A stretch of DNA of 1,221 bases, from assembly GCF_003334765.1 (NCBI RefSeq), contig NZ_QOWT01000082.1; one strand, given 5' to 3'. The position numbers were made by a program, and so were the translations under genes. Origin of the DNA: Escherichia coli. Lineage in GTDB: Bacteria > Pseudomonadota > Gammaproteobacteria > Enterobacterales > Enterobacteriaceae. This document shows, piece by piece, positions 1 to 1,221 of this stretch (positions within the stretch are counted from its first letter, which is position 1; every line of letters begins with the position of its first letter). Under the pieces are notes generated by a model. It saw only the letters and a program-made list of their open reading frames with translations, made no database searches and was not told the origin of the DNA.

Positions 1-26
1 TGTAGATTCAATCTGTCAATGCAACA
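1..26. repeat. Terminal inverted repeat, distal to transposase start (IRR in IS30 convention)
   Basis: Plus strand 1-26 TGTAGATTCAATCTGTCAATGCAACA compared with the reverse complement of 1196-1221, TGTAGATTCAATTGGTCAACGCAACA: 23/26 identical, mismatches at positions 13, 14 and 20 from the tip. The first 12 bp are perfectly conserved. Confidence 0.93.
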
Positions 27-1159
27 CCCCTTTCAATTATCTCTTTCGGTGTTTTGAACTTCAGTGTCTTTCTCGGTCTGTTGTTTAGCTGAGCAGCAAC
101 CAGATCTAGTTCATGTTGAGTATATTGGGCAAGACATGTCTTTTTAGGAAAGTACTGCCGAATTAGCCCATTTGTGTTCTCATTTGTTCCCCGCTGCCAA
201 GGACTCTGAGGATCGCAGAAGTAAACTTTAACGCCGGTGCTGACAGTAAATTCTAGATGTCTGGCCAGTTCCATTCCTCTGTCCCATGTCAGTGATTTTC
301 TGAGTTCTGACGGTAAACTCAGGAATTTGTCGGTAAGAGCCTGATTTACTGAGACAGAATCTTTGCCCCTGAGTCTAAGGATGATCGTATAACGTGATTT
401 TCGGTCTACAAGTGTGGCTATATGAGAGTTTTTTGTACCTGAGACTAAATCGCCCTCCCAATGCCCCAGAGAGCGTCTGTTATCGATATTTCGGGAACGT
501 TCGTGAATTGGTGTTCCGTTCACTATGTTAATCGTACCTCTTTCGCCTTTGCGGGTATGACGCCTGCCATGGCGAAGGCTATGCGACCGTCGCAGATGCT
601 GTATATTCAGGTGGTGTAGCGCTTCACGGCTACGAAAGTACAGCGTTTTATAAATTGTCTCAGGTGATATTCGCAGCGTTTTTTGACGTGGTTTTGTTCG
701 CCTTAACCATCCTGATATTTGCTCTGGAGACCATTTCATCTCCAGCTTTTCCAGAACAAGCTTTCGCAATGGTAAATTTTGATCCAGTAAGCACGGTTTT
801 GGCCTTTTCGCCATTCTGTTGGCTCGGTTATTAGCATCAACAGCTTTGTAATAGCGTCTGCCCCGATTACGCTGAACTTCACGTGAGATCGTCGAAGGAC
901 TGCGATTCAGCGCAGTAGCTATCGCACGAATGCTCATTTTGGCTGACAAACCAGCTCGTATCTCCTCGCGCTCAGACAGTGTCAGGTGAGCTACAGCCCG
1001 CTTATGCTCATGGGGTTTTATGCCGCCAGTATCCCTTAACATAGTGAAGATCGTTCCGGGTTTTGAACCCAGGATATTCGCTATTTCACTGAAGCCTGTT
1101 CCGTTCTTCCATAGTTCAAAAACAGAGGCTTTTTCCTCTGCTGTAAATGTTCGTCTCAT
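8..1159 (-). CDS. insI: IS30-family DDE transposase (InsI-like), 383 aa
   Basis: Seen in sequence: uninterrupted 383-codon ORF, ATG at 1157-1159 (minus) and TGA stop at 8-10 (minus) inside the inverted repeat. Very basic, Arg/Lys-rich protein. N-terminal helix-turn-helix-like segments (approx aa 20-45 GTGFSEIANILGSKPGTIFTMLRDTG, and aa 68-95 RAGLSAKMSIRAIATALNRSPSTISREV). Candidate catalytic residues by my residue count: D237 (HWEGD, codon 449-451), D293 (TWD, codon 281-283), E327 (TNE, codon 179-181). Spacing of 33 residues between the second D and E matches the DD(33)E signature of the IS30 family (established knowledge). The translation matches my recollection of E. coli InsI essentially throughout; not verified by search. 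Confidence 0.96.
   Translation of the reverse strand: MRRTFTAEEKASVFELWKNGTGFSEIANILGSKPGTIFTMLRDTGGIKPHEHKRAVAHLTLSEREEIRAGLSAKMSIRAIATALNRSPSTISREVQRNRGRRYYKAVDANNRANRMAKRPKPCLLDQNLPLRKLVLEKLEMKWSPEQISGWLRRTKPRQKTLRISPETIYKTLYFRSREALHHLNIQHLRRSHSLRHGRRHTRKGERGTINIVNGTPIHERSRNIDNRRSLGHWEGDLVSGTKNSHIATLVDRKSRYTIILRLRGKDSVSVNQALTDKFLSLPSELRKSLTWDRGMELARHLEFTVSTGVKVYFCDPQSPWQRGTNENTNGLIRQYFPKKTCLAQYTQHELDLVAAQLNNRPRKTLKFKTPKEIIERGVALTD
14..19 (-). promoter_or_regulatory. Outward-facing consensus -35 hexamer (TTGACA) inside the distal inverted repeat
   Basis: Plus strand tgtcaa at 14-19 = TTGACA on the minus strand, 13 bp from the element tip and directed out of the element. Established knowledge: IS30 forms a strong promoter when two ends are joined with a 2-bp spacer, with -35 in one inverted repeat and -10 in the other; such a -35 can also pair with a fortuitous flanking -10. 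Confidence 0.6.
179..451 (-). other. DDE catalytic core of transposase (D237-D293-E327 by my numbering)
   Basis: Codons read directly from the sequence: plus-strand atc 449-451 = GAT (D), gtc 281-283 = GAC (D), ctc 179-181 = GAG (E). Residue context HWEGD...TWD...(33 aa)...NE fits the DD(33)E pattern of the IS30 family. Confidence 0.75.
875..1102 (-). other. N-terminal DNA-binding region of transposase (two HTH-like motifs, approx aa 20-95)
   Basis: Inference from translated sequence: helix-turn-helix-like segments in the first ~100 residues. Established knowledge: IS30-family transposases carry N-terminal HTH DNA-binding domains. Boundaries are approximate. Confidence 0.6.
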
Positions 1160-1167
1160 TCAAAAAA

Positions 1168-1172
1168 CCTCC
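1168..1172 (-). promoter_or_regulatory. Shine-Dalgarno sequence (GGAGG) for the transposase
   Basis: Plus strand cctcc at 1168-1172 = GGAGG on the minus strand, separated from the ATG (1157-1159) by an 8-nt spacer TTTTTTGA. Confidence 0.8.
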
Positions 1173-1202
1173 GCAACCCCATGTTTTCACATAACTGTTG
1201 CG

Positions 1203-1208
1203 TTGACC
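1203..1208 (+). promoter_or_regulatory. Outward-facing -35-like hexamer (TTGACC, 5/6) inside the proximal inverted repeat
   Basis: Plus strand ttgacc at 1203-1208, 13 bp from the right tip, directed out of the element. It is the counterpart of the TTGACA in the other repeat, degraded by one of the three repeat mismatches. Confidence 0.35.
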
Positions 1209-1213
1209 AATTG

Positions 1214-1219
1214 AATCTA
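1214..1219 (-). promoter_or_regulatory. -10-like hexamer (TAGATT) at positions 3-8 of the proximal inverted repeat; -10 half of the predicted end-to-end junction promoter
   Basis: Minus strand reads TGTAGATT from the tip. If the distal end is abutted with a 2-bp spacer, TTGACA + 13 bp + 2 bp + TG gives a 17-bp spacer to TAGATT (4/6 match to TATAAT, with T1, A2 and T6 preserved). In the isolated element this hexamer has no -35 within the element. Confidence 0.45.
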
Positions 1220-1221
1220 CA

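Larger units (their letters stand above)
1..1221 (-). mobile_element. IS30: Complete IS30-family insertion sequence (IS30-like), transposase encoded on the minus strand
   Basis: Seen in sequence: window length 1221 bp, 26-bp imperfect terminal inverted repeats at both ends, and one 383-aa ORF spanning almost the whole element. Established knowledge: IS30 is 1221 bp with 26-bp inverted repeats (3 mismatches) and a 383-aa transposase. Window termini coincide exactly with the inverted-repeat tips (5'-TGTAGATTCAAT...). Confidence 0.93.
1196..1221. repeat. Terminal inverted repeat, proximal to transposase start (IRL in IS30 convention)
   Basis: Plus strand 1196-1221 TGTTGCGTTGACCAATTGAATCTACA is the imperfect reverse complement of 1-26 (23/26). 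It lies 36 bp upstream of the transposase ATG on the minus strand. Confidence 0.93.

Noticed and set aside
542-576. Palindrome around GCCATGGC (567-574) with short flanking complementarity (ttcgcc 542-547 / ggcgaa 571-576)
   Set aside because: The stem is only 6 bp with a 23-nt loop and no U-tract. It lies mid-ORF and is most likely chance or a restriction-site palindrome, not a terminator or protein-binding site.
661-700. T-rich runs (gcgttttttgacgtggttttgttcg) that might suggest an intrinsic terminator on the plus strand
   Set aside because: No stable GC-rich stem precedes the T-run, and on the coding (minus) strand the region is A-rich. Insufficient evidence for a terminator.
8-1159. Programmed ribosomal frameshifting or split orfA/orfB transposase organisation, as in IS1 or IS3 families
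   Set aside because: The transposase is a single continuous 383-codon frame with no overlapping second frame or slippery-site arrangement. The IS30 family is known to express its transposase from one ORF.
1020-1214. 64-aa ORF on the plus strand (MPPVSLNIVKIVPGFEPRIFAISLK...)
   Set aside because: It lies entirely antisense to the transposase N-terminal coding region and runs into the inverted repeat. I found no convincing Shine-Dalgarno sequence upstream of its ATG, and the product is a low-complexity peptide with no recognisable domain. Antisense ORFs of this size are expected by chance opposite a long gene. Early IS30 descriptions noted minor ORFs, but none has an established function.
1-1221. 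A novel or previously undescribed biological system (defence system, toxin-antitoxin, cargo gene)
   Set aside because: The element is exactly the size and architecture of IS30, with a single transposase gene and no cargo, and nothing is left unexplained. Claiming novelty would not be supported by the sequence.
1-1221. CRISPR repeats, tRNA or rRNA genes, or other structured RNA genes
   Set aside because: No regularly spaced direct repeats and no tRNA-like cloverleaf signatures are apparent. The window is fully occupied by the transposase gene and inverted repeats.

Overview
The window is exactly one complete copy of an IS30-family insertion sequence, indistinguishable by eye from the classic 1221-bp E. 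coli IS30. It is bounded by 26-bp imperfect terminal inverted repeats (1-26 and 1196-1221, 23/26 matching) and nearly filled by a single minus-strand ORF (8-1159, 383 aa) encoding the IS30 DDE transposase (InsI). The ORF has a GGAGG ribosome-binding site 8 nt upstream of its ATG and its stop codon lies inside the distal inverted repeat. Both inverted repeats carry outward-facing -35-like hexamers 13 bp from the tip, and each tip carries a -10-like TAGATT, consistent with the promoter that IS30 is known to assemble when two ends are abutted with a 2-bp spacer. I see no evidence of a novel or undescribed system: everything here is explained by a canonical, apparently intact IS30. The window has no flanking DNA, so the target-site duplication and insertion context cannot be assessed. 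Identity to reference IS30 is from memory of the element's length, repeat structure and protein sequence, not from a database search.
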